This document shows, piece after piece, positions 13,165-27,452 of a stretch of DNA of 64,000 nt. Each line of letters opens with the position of its first letter. The first letter of the stretch is position 1. This DNA is from Antedon mediterranea (taxonomy: Eukaryota; Animalia; Echinodermata): NCBI RefSeq assembly GCF_964355755.1, contig NC_092674.1, positions 4,960,001 to 5,024,000 on the forward strand. The letters are read 5' to 3'. Both the position numbers and the translations under genes were made by a program. The notes under the pieces were generated by a model. That model was not told the origin of the DNA. It searched no databases and saw only the letters and a list, made by a program, of their open reading frames with translations.

Positions 13165-14917
13165 ATGGGTAATCCTTTGACCATATGTCAACGCAACTCA
13201 GTTGAGGAATTTGTTGCAGATAATCGCGAAGAATTTAATTCGCAAGACGGAAGTAGTGTTGATCCTCCAAATGTCCAGGTATTAATGGCCACCGAATGTA
13301 AGAACATGACGGCAGATGATGATAAGCTGTCGGGTACTAAGGATGGGAAAGACGAGAAAAAGAAGTCTAAATCCCGTTTTGCCAGACTTCGACGATCACT
13401 GAAGAAGTCCAGGAGAGTCGGACTTGATAATGATGCTACCGATGCTGCAGCAATCAAAGACACTTGATGATAAACAACCACCAGTTGATGTGGTGACAAC
13501 AGAAGCTGTCAATGGCAATGGAAGGTATGTCTGACATTTGTTTAGTATAGTGTCTAGATGTACTGTATATATTGGATTCTTAAATTAAAATATTTTACAA
13601 TCAATAATTTAATTTGCTTTTATTCCCAGTATTCAAACGGAACTTAAAACAGAAGTCATTGAAGTAGATGAGCTCGAATGTGAAGACATGGAAGAAACGA
13701 TTGTTATGTAAGCCTAAATATTACTTTACATGCATACATTAAATAATAACTTTTAAAAAATCAGAATGTTTGAATTTTGGTCCATTATTTTATTATAATT
13801 ATTATTTTATTTTGAATTCAATAGAGATCATCCCATTGCTGAACTGATTGCTGACAACGACGATGAGCCCATTGCTGAACTGATTGCTGACAACGACGAT
13901 CAGCCCATTGCTGAACTGATTGCTGACAATGACGATGACCTCATTATCGCAGAGAATAACTCTGACGACAGGAACAGTTTGGAGTCGGACGTAGAAGACG
14001 ACGATGAAAAGATGGTCCAAGAAGGTATGAGATGCCTTTTATTTAAGATATTGTTTATTTTGGCCTAAATTTATAGAAATTTCATTTCTAAAAATGAATA
14101 AAACTTATTTATATATTACGTACTTTTTTTTCTCAAAAGGTGACCATGATTGGATTGCCGAGGCACAGATTCTAACCAGTCAGATTAAAAGGTATAAATC
14201 AAATAGTTCATCGTCATTATTATCATCATCATTATTATCATCATTATTATCATCTTCATCATCATTATCATGATCATCTCATCATCATAATTGCCATCAC
14301 TCCTCATGATCACAAATCATCTTCAAAATCAGCCTATGATTATGATAAATATTACTTTTTTTCAGCTTTGCATCGGAAATGTCAGTAGACAGTCAGCTTC
14401 AACGACGTCACCGACCACCGACACGATACGGACTCATGAAAGAGCTGAAATTATCGTTTGGGCCTGGTGTGGACAGAGAGCTACCATCAATCTTCGCCAG
14501 TGTTGATCAAAATAACCATCCTTCTCGTCATCGTAACAATCCGCTAATGGAAGGAATTAAACATGCTAATCAATTCCACCAGCAGGTAGGCCTAAATAAT
14601 AAAATATCACACCGACAATAATTAAAAACAGAAATAATAAAGGGAGTTGGTGAGGATGAGGGGGAGAAAGGGGGAATGTCAGCGGACTTATTTTATTTAT
14701 AAAAAGTCTCTAATTTAACCTTCTTTTTTCTAATAGTACAAACTAGAAGAGGAAGAAAGGCAGAAAAAGACGCCTTGATAGACTGGCCATGAGGCGAGAA
14801 CAAGACATCCAGTATAAGTTAAGGATGTGGGAAAACCGACAAAGACAGAAGGAAAGAGATCGGTTAGAGGTTCACTTTGAGGTGGACGCGTCGAGTGGTA
14901 GCGGTGTCACGGCCTAG
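13165..14917 (+). pseudogene. six-exon acidic orphan gene with two frameshifts; exons 13165-13524, 13630-13707, 13825-14024, 14140-14191, 14366-14585, 14737-14917
   Basis: Five GT-AG introns with compatible phases (2,2,1,2,0); frameshifts near 13460 and in the A-run near 14765; AATAAA near 15023; three PIAELIADNDD repeats in exon 3. Confidence 0.7.
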
Positions 14918-15078
14918 GGGGGTTTCTTAAGAAGATCACACAAGGATCATTTAGTTATTAGAATCATCATGTATATCAACGACTACGAAGTCAAACAGAA
15001 GAAATATATTATTTACAGACAACAATAAAGATTGTCCTATTTTTTCAAATTTTGCGTGTTATGCCTATTTTGTTTAAA

Positions 15079-16513
15079 TCTATATTACAAGTGAGAGAGT
15101 TTGTACGTCTGTCTGTCTGTCTGTATGTTTGTTCGTTATACAAATGTTTTGTTAGTGCACGTAATCTTACATATGGGGTATCAAAATGACCGCAATTGTA
15201 CCGGGAATGTTCTAAGCTATATTTCAACATCATCCGCCCCCTAGGATCCAAGTTAGGGACCAAACTGTGATCAAAACCCCCACTTTCGATGTTTGTTCGT
15301 TATACAAATTTCTGTTTCTGCACGTAACCATACATATGGGGTATCAAAATGATGGCAATTGTACCCGGAAGGTTTTAAACTACATTAAAAAAATTTCCCC
15401 CACTCCTGGTGTTTTTGTGGGAGGGGGGTGGGGTTGGGGGTGGGGGTGGTTTGTGATGTCACATTTTTGCTAGGGCTCGGGGTTGTAGGCTATCGAATTG
15501 TAAAATTATACTACAAAAGTTTTACAGTATTTGAATTATCCTCAGCAAGGCGTTTGGGGAAATATAGATATAGATATACATATTTTATTCATTAACCAAT
15601 ATGAAATCTATTCAATTACACATTTAGCAAAGTACTTTAACCATATCCAGCTATGTATCGGTCTCTTGGATTGTCTCATTACAGACATCCATTCCTGTGT
15701 AAACATACACACGTTGTTTACTGTTACTGTGTCTACATCACCAATCCTCCAAGGAAAAAACGTCAATTGTGGGAGAGTAGGGTTGGAGATAGGGTTTGGG
15801 TTCAGGGGATAGTGGGGATTTTGCTTACACCAGAATTGTGGTTTTAAAATGTTAAAGTATTTAATCATCCCTGGGAAGCGGCTGGGAGTTTGGGGTGTGG
15901 GGATTTAGGCCTATCACCATGACCGCCGAAACTGTATTTGGAATGTTTTAAACTACATTTGAAAACTGCCACTGAGGGATTGTGGGTTGGGAGTGATAAT
16001 AACATAATTTGTACTGGAACCGGCTTCAACACATCACCCAGTGTATCTGGGGTGTGTTGTAGGGGGAGGAGGAGCGAAAATACTAGCGTAATGAAGTAGC
16101 CTATATGATTGGATTGTACTAGGAAAAGTTACTATATTTGAACTGTCCAGGGGGGAGGAGTTAAGGTTTGTTGATGGTGGCTGGGGTGGTGAAAGAAGGC
16201 TGGAGGACCGCAGTATCTAAATTACATATTTTAATTACCAGCCAATATGACACCTATTCATTTACACAATTTACAACGTACTTCAACCATTATTAGACCC
16301 ATCATAGCTATGCATACTCCTCTCAATTTGAAGCTTAGGTTGAATTGAATTTGTCCATCAGTGGGAAGAATTTGTTTTTAAGAAAGAGTATGGGGTGTTA
16401 TTGAAGAAGGGTGGAGGTTGGTGAGTATAGACAGATACTGGCGTCGGGTGTTATGTACTGAGAAGGCTGTAAACTAATGTTGAAACCCGCCCTGGAGCGG
16501 GTATAATTACTAG
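15079..16513 (+). mobile_element. non-autonomous Helitron
   Basis: A|TCTATATTACAAG 5' end followed by a (GTCT)n tract; 3' hairpin ACCCGCCCTGGAGCGGGT then CTAG|T; no TSD. Confidence 0.75.
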
Positions 16514-16934
16514 TGTTGAATATTAGTGAGTAGGCCACCAGGGACTGGTCTATGATGAGTATGAATTAGTGATGGATGGATCCGATGGGAACATCTGGTG
16601 TTTGTCTTTCAATCAATTTCGTAACATCTTCACATGACAATGTTTACAATTCCTAAGAAATGAAGGGTTAGTAATAATAGCATGAAGTAATAGCAAACAA
16701 TTTATGATAATTTTTTTATGTGATACCAATTTATTTCTTATTTAGTTAGATTTATTAGGAGACTGTGTATTGTATCCGATTCTATTGTTTGGGTGCGGTT
16801 TTATCTTTGAAGTAAATGCGGTCGCGGCGGCGAAACAATAGGTTGGCGGCATGCCGCGCGAAAAAGGCGTTGTTTGCGGCATTTTCTATTGTTCTTATTA
16901 ATTCCAGTGTTCTTTGACAGAAGCAGCATTTTCG

Positions 16935-16941
16935 TATATAA
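16935..16941 (+). promoter_or_regulatory. TATA box of the 17012 gene
   Basis: TATATAA about 75 nt upstream of the ATG. Confidence 0.5.
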
Positions 16942-17224
16942 GCCATAGCAACTTTCTAGAATTTATCATTTAATTATTATACACACTACGAGTAACTGCT
17001 AAACTTCGAATATGTCTTCCGTACTATTTTCTGATATATTCAGTAAAATGATGACGCCTCTGTCTTTTAACGAACTAATTGTGGCAGATATGTTGCGGTG
17101 TCGTGATTATACTGGTTGTTTCCAGTGCATACTGCAAACCATGACAGGAATCTGCCCAGAGATATGCTATATGAATATCACAGAGGAGTGTATAGACAAG
17201 TTCTATTTCCTCTGAAATATGATG

Positions 17225-20200
17225 TAAGAAGCATTTTTGGGTAGAAGCTGGGATCCACTTGATTTAGGATATTTCGACCTCGTTGATTACGAATATGGCG
17301 GATCCCAAGCGAAATTCGGCCATCTAAGCCCTTAATTTGCATAATTAAAAATGGCGGCCATTTTTTATAATTACCCTATATCTCGAGAACCACTAGTCAC
17401 AGATAATTAATTTTGGTGTCAAAATGTTTTAAATATATGTTTTTATATTCACTTTAATGACACATTTTCTCAAAAAATTGATGCAAGTCGTATTTCTGAC
17501 ATTTTGACCTTTGACCTTGATTTATCGTATCTCAGTAACCAATAATCGGAGAGACACGAAATAGGGCTCAAATTGTTCAGAAACTATACATTCTTATTTA
17601 TTATAATGAAATGTTTTTACAAAAAATGGCCGATTCTACAACTATTGACCTTTGAACTATTAGTCAAATATAATAATATAATAATAATATAACTTTGAAA
17701 ATTGTGGTCTTATGAATTTTTTTTTCTTTTTAAATTGTTTAAAACATGTGTGTTTCTATACAGTCTAATGGCACATTTTGTACAAGAATGGCCGATAGTA
17801 TGGTTATTGACCTTTAAACTACAGCATAGGCCTACTGTATACTGAATATAATATAATATAATTGCATAACTATGAAATTATTTATACTCAATAATAATTA
17901 GTAAAATTATAAAATTCACTGCCATCAAATATGATGTGTTATGATTTATATAGATTTAAAAAAAAATTGAACACGCAAGTTACATTTGTTGAAATTTAAA
18001 ATTACCTGCCATCAATATGATGGAGTATGATTATAGATTTTTAAAAATGTGAACATGTCAGCTACATTTGGAAATTACCTGCCATCAATATGATGGATTA
18101 TGATTATAGATTTAAAAAAGAATTTGAACACATAAGCTACATTAGAAAATTACCTGCCATCAATATGATGGATTATGATTATAGATTTAAAAAAGGATTT
18201 GAACACGTCAGCTACATTTGGAAATTACCTGCCATCAATATGATGGATTATGATTGTATAGTACCAGCCATCAATATGATGGATTATGATTATAGAATTA
18301 AAAAAGAATTTGAACACGTCAGCCACATTTGGAAATTTGGAAATTACCTGCCATCAATATGATGGATTATAATTGTATAGGTTTGAAAGAATAGTGAACA
18401 CGTAAGCTACATTGGGAATGAACATGTTAAGGGCATCAGTTTTGATCATTCATGCAAAGGTTTCCGTCATCTTTAGCGTTGTTACAGTAGCATATTAAAG
18501 CTGTACATGGTAGTTTTGACTTTTTGCACCTACATCTATATGGTTATGCATCGTGTCTTGCATCCACAATAAATCATCTCTAACGAAGCAGTAGGAATAG
18601 CTTCATTTTTCAGAAGCACTGGTTGAAGTTTACCATTAGATAGCTCCCAACCAAAATATGTTGGTGATGGCAAATGCTGGATTGGCGATACAGCTTTTTT
18701 CAATACGAGTGCTTGGAAGTGTGCTCTTTTTATATGATGCTGGTGCACTGCATCGCTTGTTGGAGGTAATTTTTTTTTTTTTTTAAACATGGCATGCCTA
18801 ACTTAAAACTGTCGATAAAGGACACCACCAGACAAAGATGAACCAAAACACAGAGACCAATTCGTCGAATTATAGAAAGTGGTGAAATACCGCTGCCAAA
18901 TTGCTGGTCAAACTTGTTGGCATTACAAGATAATAATGCAGATCTGACACGATTTCTATCAGAGGAGTTGATTCGTCAAGCTCCTATAGACAAAGAAATT
19001 GTCACAGCTGGTGGATTTATGAAAGAATCAGTTGTTAAATCATCAAAATTGTACACGAATACGTTGTCTCTGGTCAGACCATGAAGAATCGGACACGAGA
19101 CTTGTCATGCTGGTCCGATACGACACAGTTGTAGTTGCTTCTAGGGATACAGACGTACTAGTGATTCTAGTGTCTCACTACCAAAGCATGGTATCCAAAT
19201 GGATGATGACAGGGACATCCAAAAAAAGAAAGTATCTATAAAAGACATTTTTCAAGCCCTGCCCGAGGGTTCTGCAAAAGCACTGATTCCATTCCACACT
19301 ATTAGTGGATGCGATACTACCTCATATCCAGGGAAGAGTTAAATTACATTAATACATACATACAGTAATTTAACTCTTCACTGCTCATATCTAAGTGGTC
19401 ACTCAAAGGCATCGGCATGGGAAGTATTAAAAAAAGGTATGAACTAATTAAAGACCTGGGAGAAAACCTATCAGTGACCAAGTTATTATGAAATCGGAAA
19501 GATTCATTTGCTACGTTTACGGTGTTGGTCAAGTTAAAAGTACCAATAAAGTTAGGCTTTAAAAAAAAAAGGCATTACCTCCAACAAGCGATGCAGTGCA
19601 CCAACATATAAAAAGAGCACACTTCCAAGCACTCGTATGGAAAAAAGCTGGATCGCCAATCCAGCATTTGCCATCACCAACATATTTTGGTTGGGAGCTA
19701 TCTAATGGTAAACTTCAACCAGTGCTTCTGAAAAATGAAGCTATTCCTACTGCTTCGTTAGAGATGATTTATTGTGGATGCAAGACGCGATACATAACCA
19801 ATAGATGTAGGTGCAAGAAGTCAAAACTACCATGTACAGCTTTATGCCGCTGTAACAACGCTAAAGATGACGGAACCTTTGCATGAATGATCTTAACTGA
19901 TGCCCTTAACATGTTCATTCCAAATGTAGCTTACGTACGTGTTCACATTTTCTTTTAAATCTATACAATCATAATCCATCATATTGATGGCAAGTAATTT
20001 TCAAATGTAGCTTACGTGTTCAAATTCTTTTTTAAATCTATAATCATAATCCATCATATTGATGGCAGGTACTATACAATCATAATCCATCATATTGATG
20101 GCAGGTAATTTCCAAATTTCCAAATGTAGCTTACGTGTTCAAATTCTTTTTAAAATCTATAATCATAATCCATCATATTGATGGCAGGTAATTTCCCAAT

Positions 20201-21314
20201 TTCCAAATGTAGCTGACGTGTTCAAATTCTTTTTTAATTCTATAATCATAATCCATCATATTGATGGCAGGTACTATACAATCATAATCCATCATATTGA
20301 TGGCAGGTAATTTCCAAATTTCCAAATGTAGCTGACGTGTTCAAATTCTTTTTTAAATCTATAATCATAATCCATCATATTGATAGCAGGTAATTTTCTA
20401 ATGTAGGTTACGTGTTCAAATTTTTATTTAAATCTATAATCATAATCCATCATATTGATGGCAGGTAATTTCCAAATGTAGCTGACATGTTCACATTTTA
20501 GAAAATCTATAAGCACACTCCATCATATTGATGGCAGGTAATTTCAAATTTCAAAAAATGTAACTTGCGTATTCAAATTCCTTTTTAAATCTATATAAAT
20601 CATAACACATCATATTTGATGGCAGTGAATTTTATAATTTTACTAATTATTATTGTGTATAAATAATTTCATAGTTATGCAATTATATTATATTTAGTAG
20701 ACAGTAGGCCTATGCTGTAGTTAAAAGGTCAATAACCATACTATCGGCCATTCTTGTACAAAATATGCCATTAGACTGGATAGAAACACACATGTTTTAA
20801 ACAATTTAAAAAGAAAAAAAAATTCATAAGACCACAATTTTCAAAGTTATATTATTATTATATTATTATATTTGACTAATAGTTCAAAGGTCAATAGTTA
20901 TAGAATCGGCCATTTTTTGTAAAAACATTTCATTATAATAAATATGAATGTATAGTTTCTGAACAATTTGAGCCCTATTTCGTGTCTCTCCGATTATTGG
21001 TTACTGAGATACGATAAATCAAGGTCAAAGGTCAAAATTTCAGAAATACGACTTGCATCAATTTTTTGAGAAAATGTGTCATTAAAGTGAATATAAAAAC
21101 ATATATTTAAAACATTTTGACACCAAAATTAATTATCTGTGACTAGTGATTCTCGAGATATAGGGTAATTATAAAAAATGGCCGCCATTTTTAATTATGC
21201 AAATTAAGGGCTTAGATGGCCGAATTTCGCTTGGGATCCGCCATATTCGTAATCAGCGAGGTCAAAATATCCTAAACCAAGTGGATCCCAGCTTCTACCC
21301 AAAAATGCTTCTTG
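17225..21314 (+). mobile_element. Academ-like foldback derivative with ~1.55-1.75 kb inverted arms
   Basis: Ends AAGAAGCATTTTTGGGTAGAAGCTGGGATCC mirror each other; fragments DHEESDTRL, VVVASRDTDVLVIL, LPPTSDA..HIKRAHFQ, CGCK..CRCKKSKLPCTALCRC (XPG/PIN-like plus Cys-rich tail). No clean TSD. Confidence 0.75.
17920..18420. repeat. subterminal tandem array (TTACCTGCCATCAATATGATGGATTATGATT), mirrored at about 19920-20630
   Basis: Directly visible units of roughly 35-85 bp. Confidence 0.9.
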
Positions 21315-23640
21315 ATTCGTTTTCTAGGCCGTTTTTTGAGAAATGGAACCTGTCTAGTATGACTAAATCTGTATTCGTCGAGCAAGTTTGCAGACACAAG
21401 TATCGTTTGAGAGATGGATGGAAGAACTTACCAAACATCATCATAGTGAATGGAGTTTGATGTCTCTGACAGAACGTACAACGAATGGATGAGATACCTT
21501 CATACGGTATCAAATGGACCAGTCATCGTGCCACGAACTTCAAGCATCCCGATGTATTGCACAAGAATTGAAGATACGCAAAGCACAACGCAGTTGGAAG
21601 ATACACAATCTGAGCCAATGATGTATGGAACGCTAAACTATATGCCAGTGACGAAACACGAAGATACCAAATGTACACCGATGGAATATGGATCAACTTT
21701 TGTTAAAATGGAGAATGAACAATCAATTGATAGAAATGCAGCTAGTAAATCTAAACGTTCTTTATAGTCAGGCAGCATTTGTATTTTACTTCATATATTT
21801 AGCCAAGTTTGATTTTTACTTTACTTTTTTTTCACTTTTAAGTGATCAAGGACATCACAACAAACAACTTCCAACTTGTTGTCCAAATTCTAAACGCGTT
21901 TTTCATTCGCTGGGGGCGCTTTTTCAAAATGGCCGCTTATGCTATCAAGTACTTATATCTTGGCAACCACTAATCGTAGAGACTTGGTTTTAATCTTAAA
22001 ATGTTTGTAAGGTACATATTTCTATTTACTCTAATGGAATATTTTGACCAGAAATGACTGGAAATGCCATTTCTGACCATTTGACCTTTGACCTTCTATC
22101 ATATCTCGGTAACTAATGGTCACACAGACTTGAAATTTGTTTCAAATTGTTCGCAGTATGCCTTTTTATATTTACTGTAATTAAATGTTTTGTTTTAAAG
22201 CAAACATAAATGCCATATCTGACCTCTTGCCCTAATGCATGTAATATATCCACAACTGAGAGACTATAGATTTGTCTAGTATTGTTTATAACTTGTACCG
22301 GTACTTGTGGTTGTGTTGATGATATCCCTTGTTCCAAAATCAATATTTCAAATCACCAATGGAACTGTTATAATAAATAAATACATACCATAAATATTGA
22401 ATATAGTCAGATTACCCTCTCCAGTTCAATAAAGTTCATCGATATCGTCTACTAGCTCTACATTCGAGTCCTTTGTATTCTCACATCCATCACCACACTC
22501 ACATGCATCAGTAGACTTGCCCCAAGTCTGTATTTATTGTCTTTTTTTTTTTTATTTATTTGTTTTTATTTTGACCGCGATTTTTGTCTATCCAAACTAA
22601 AGTAATACACGTATGAAACGCCATATGTGCAAAAATATTTATATTTTTACTAATATTAAGACAAAACTCCGTCTGGAGCCCAGACTAATGCATCAGTAGC
22701 CTACAGAGCAAGTTGTTTTTCTTACAACTACAGCGATTTGTTGAACATGAACCATTGCAGGTACATCGACGAATTTCTAGAAGAGCTTTGGTGCTGGTGG
22801 ATTGTTGCAAAATACCGGCTTCAACTGACCATCTTCTAGTTGCCAGGAGTAGTCAGTTGCTGGTGGAATAGATGGAGTTGGCTTGCATGATGAATTCCAT
22901 ACAATAGACATGTAGTATGCTCTTTCCACGTGTGGTCTGAGAGTTCCCATGGTTGGAGGTAATTGTTGTCCTTCCTTGCCTTTCTGTGAAAATAACATCC
23001 ATCTCAAGTGTGTGACATAATGTATAATATGCAAACGTATCTTTCCATTTGCCTGAAAATCCAATTTGGTATTTCAGAGGTCAGTCCATATACAGCAAAT
23101 GCATCTAGTATTTCATCGTCACATTTCATAAGTGCTTTGAAATGGGCGGACACTCCTTTTCCAGCAAATGTACCTGTGTTATCTGCACCTTTAAATGCGT
23201 ACCATCCAATCAGTGCTGCTGATATTTGTCGGTAATAGCATTCCCATATAGGTATTTTTTCCCCTCTTTTCCTACAAAATGTGGTCATTTTTTTTTCTCT
23301 TTTGTGGCGTGAACCACCACCTTTATTCTTTCATATCATAATTAAATACATTACAAATAAATCAGTAATATCTGTCTTCATATGTTCTTTCTTTAATTAT
23401 ATTGTTTTCCGTTAATATTCTACATTTTTCTGTAAATTTTACTTTTTCACATATTGTTTCCAATATTATCCTCCTGTTTTCATGGTTTGTTATTATTCAC
23501 ATTGTACACAGACAATATACATACCGTATTGTTTCATACCCTTTTAATTCATACCATTTATATACATCTTATAGACATTATATACAAAGATATAAAACAA
23601 CGTTTAATAAATTTATTAGGTACCGGTAACTCTTTTAACA

Positions 23641-26600
23641 TTATATGAGCGTTAGTTTGTTCAGATCCTTAACAATAGACTTAAATACAATCCAAGATTT
23701 TTTACACACTGGTTTGTTTAATTCAGTTAAAATCTTAATGTTATATATTGAGAAGACAGCAATTGAATATAAGTCATTTTTGTATTCACAATCAGACCCT
23801 AAAAGAAGTTCTCTAAAAGAGCTTCTGCCATTGTCAATATTTTTAAAAATGTTATCTATGTTTGTCCATAAAGTTTTATTTCGTATGCATTCAAAAAACA
23901 TGTGTTTTTCTTCTTCAATTACCCCACATAAGTCACATACATTATTCATTTTCACATTCCACTTATGAAGCCTTTGATTAGTCGGAACAATTTTGTTCAA
24001 CAGCTTGTAATTTAGTTGTGCATATTTTTTGTTTTTTTCATTTTTCACTTTTTTTATCCAAACGTCACTCCAATTTATTTTCTGAGTGTTAAAGGCCATA
24101 TTCCATTTGCCCATTACATGCGGATAAATAAATTTTTCTTTAATAAAGCACGAATATATAAGTTTTGTTTCCAGCATATAGGCGTCATTAGTTATGATGC
24201 ACTCATCTTTTATATTTGTAGGCACGTTCTTGTTGTAATTTTTAATTATATTAATCCAATCTTTTGGAATAGCATCAACTAAGGAAGCATATTCCATGAG
24301 CCAGTTTATTTTATTACGTAGTGTTTCAAGGATTTCATTAGATGTTTTCAAACGGTTAAAATTAGTTATATCAAATATTTTTTTAAATCCTGAATCAAAC
24401 CAATTTTTATAAAACAAAGACCTTTTTTTGTACACAATATATTTGTTTCCCCATTAACTTTGATTAACAACTTCTTCATAAGTATTGATTTCATGGCAGC
24501 AGTTTTCGTTAAATTCAGTACAACATTGTATCACTTTTAAATAAAAAGGAGGAATGTTTTTCAAAGTAATGCAATTTACCAGGTTAATATTTGACATACT
24601 AAAGAACAATCTTTCATTTCCAAACTTATTTATATAATATGTTGGTAATAGCTTCCATCTCACATGCTTTCTACATATTAATTTTCTCGCCCATGCAACC
24701 TTGAGCGCTTTGATGACCTGTAATGCAAAATCCGGCATATTAATACCTCCATCTTTTAGCTTGCCAATTAATGTCTTTCTTTTAATTTTTTCCCCTTTTC
24801 CATTCCATAGGAAATCGTATGTCAGTTTATTCACCTGTAAAACAACATAATTTGGTACATCAATTATAGAGGCGTTATAAATTAGTTTAGATAAACCGAG
24901 ACTCTTTAAAATTGTAACTTTTCCAAAATATGTAAGGTTTCTACCTTTCCACGTGTTGAGTAGTCTTTCTAAACTTAACAATTTATTAGCCCAGTTTAGT
25001 TCTTGACATTCATCCTTTTTATAACCTACATATATTCCTAAAATTTTAATTGGTTTTTTAACCCAATTTAAGTTACATGGTTTTTCGATTTTATTTATAT
25101 TTCTACCAATCCACATGGCATTTGTTTTTCTTTTGTTAAGGCTCATACCTGATACTTTACAAAAGTTGGTAACAATATTTAAACCTATCTCAATACTATC
25201 CTCATTCCCAGTAAAGATAACTGTGTCGTCCGCTAATTGGGCGATGCGTATTTCTTCATTTTGCACCGGGTCAGGGACAGCTATGCCTACAAAATTCACA
25301 TCATTTCTTATATTACAGGCCATGATTTCTACAGTTAAAATAAACAATAACGCTGACAAAGGACAACCCTGTCTTATACCACTATTCATTTGAAAACTTT
25401 CAGAAATCCATCCATTATTTACAATTACACATTCGGTATTAGTATAAATTGTTGATACCCATTTACGAAAAGAATCTCCAAAATTAAACTTGAATTCCCT
25501 ATTCACAGAATCAAAAGCTTTACTAAAGTCAAGTGATAACATTGCACCATCAATATCTTCATCTTTGGTATAGAATAGAATGTCATTAATTAATCTTATA
25601 TTTTCACCTGCAAAACGCCCTTTAATATATCCTTTTTGATCATTTTCAATTATATTTGCAATAATCTTTTTTAATCTTGTACATAATATATGAGTTAACA
25701 TCTTATAATCAGTGTTTAATAGAGTTATAGGCCGCCAGTTTTCTAAAATTTGTTTGTCACCTTTTTTATAAAGTAAATTGATCACTCCGCGTTTCTGCGT
25801 GTGACTCATTTCATTTTTGTTATAACATTCGTTTATGGCATTACAAGCAATATGTTTGATATCATTCCAAAATAATTTATAGAATTCCACTGGCAATCCA
25901 TCACATCCCGGAGCCTTGTTTAGCTTCATTTTTTTAATAGCTTGTTCGCATTCAGCTATTGTTATTGGGCCTTCACATACCTTGTACTCATCTTCTGATA
26001 AAATATATACATTTGAATTATTTAAGTATTTGTTTATGTCCAGGGAATATCCTTATTACTATATAATTGTTTAAAGAAATTTACTTCTTCACTAAGGATT
26101 TTCTGAGGTTTTGTTAATATTGTCCCATTTTCTTTTTTTATACTTTTTATATGTTTTTTTGTACCGTTATTTTTCTCTAGCCCAAGAAAATACTTAGTAC
26201 TCCGTTCACCTTCTTCCATCCATTGTAGTCGTGAACGTATATATGCACCCTTCGCCTCCTTTTCATAAATTTTTTCTAGAACTTTTGTTTTTTCTTCAAT
26301 TTCAGTCAGAATACATTCATTTTCACGGGTGCAAGTCTGGTCAATTGCTTCATTTAGAATTTTTAATTGCTTCTGAAGCTTTTCCTTTTTTTTAATTTTT
26401 TCTTTATTTATTTTTTTACTGTAAAAAATCGAAAAGTCTTTAACCTTCACTTTTATAATTTCCCAAATTAAATCAGGGCTAAGGATACTTTCGTTGTATT
26501 TGGTATTATGTATAATATCCCTAATATGGTCTTGATAATCCATATTTTTCAACAAATCATTATTAAGCTTCCAATAGCTAGGACCCCTTTTAGATTGATG

Positions 26601-27338
26601 TAACCCAATTTTAATTGATATTGCTTGATGATCTGTTAGTATTGCTGGCCTAATATCACATGATATTATTTCATTGTATTCAACAATATTTTTAGAGGTA
26701 AACCAATAATCTAGTCTTCTATAAATTTGGTTATGTTTTCTACGCCAAGTAAATTGTATTTTGTTTGGATTTGTAATTCTCCATGCATCTTTTAACATCA
26801 ATTTGTTCATAAAATGCTTAACCGTAAACACAGATGTGTCTTTTCTATCAGCACTATTTTTTTGGTCACAACGTCTATCAAGTACGCAATTAATATCACC
26901 CCCCAAAATAATTCTATCACTGTCAATATCAATAAAATTTGAAATAATATTATTTAAATCTCTAAAGAATGTGCTTCTCATTTTGCTATTATTTGGGGCA
27001 TATACATTAATGAACACAAAAATCTTATTATTAATTTCTGTTTTAATAATTATATATCTCCCATTTTTACCTACACTTTGCTTTATCACTTTATAATTGA
27101 AACCTTTTCTGAATAAAATCGACACGCCTGCACTAGTCGAGTTATTAATACTATGTACACAATCACCTTTCCAAATCGATTTGAATTTTTTTAATAAATC
27201 TTGTGTAAGATGTGTTTCCTGTAACAGTACCACATCCGTTTTTTGATCTTTACACCATTTTTCAATTTGTAATTGCTTGGTATTATCACGCAAACCTCGT
27301 ATATTTAACGAGATACAATGAAAATTTGAATTAAACAT
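23641..27338 (-). pseudogene. Tx1 ORF2 (APE endonuclease, RT, C-terminal zinc finger), frameshifted into three ORFs
   Basis: SLNIRGL, LQETH, GGDIN, RLDYW, TDH; KAPGCDGLP, WRPITLLN, RQGCPLS, QLADD; CDLCG..EEEKHMFFEC. Frameshifts near 26040 and 24450. Confidence 0.92.
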
Positions 27339-27452
27339 TGATCGATTTATTTAAAGAACCATTGGTAATTATACATACACACATTAATACCAGTAGGCCT
27401 ATTAAAGGAAAATAACGAAAGTAGCATGCACAACTATTATAGTATAACACTC

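Noticed and set aside
17920-18420. Repeat-encoded ORF (MMDYDY...) or CRISPR-like array
   Set aside because: Subterminal transposon repeats, mirrored in the other arm; the spacers are not unique.
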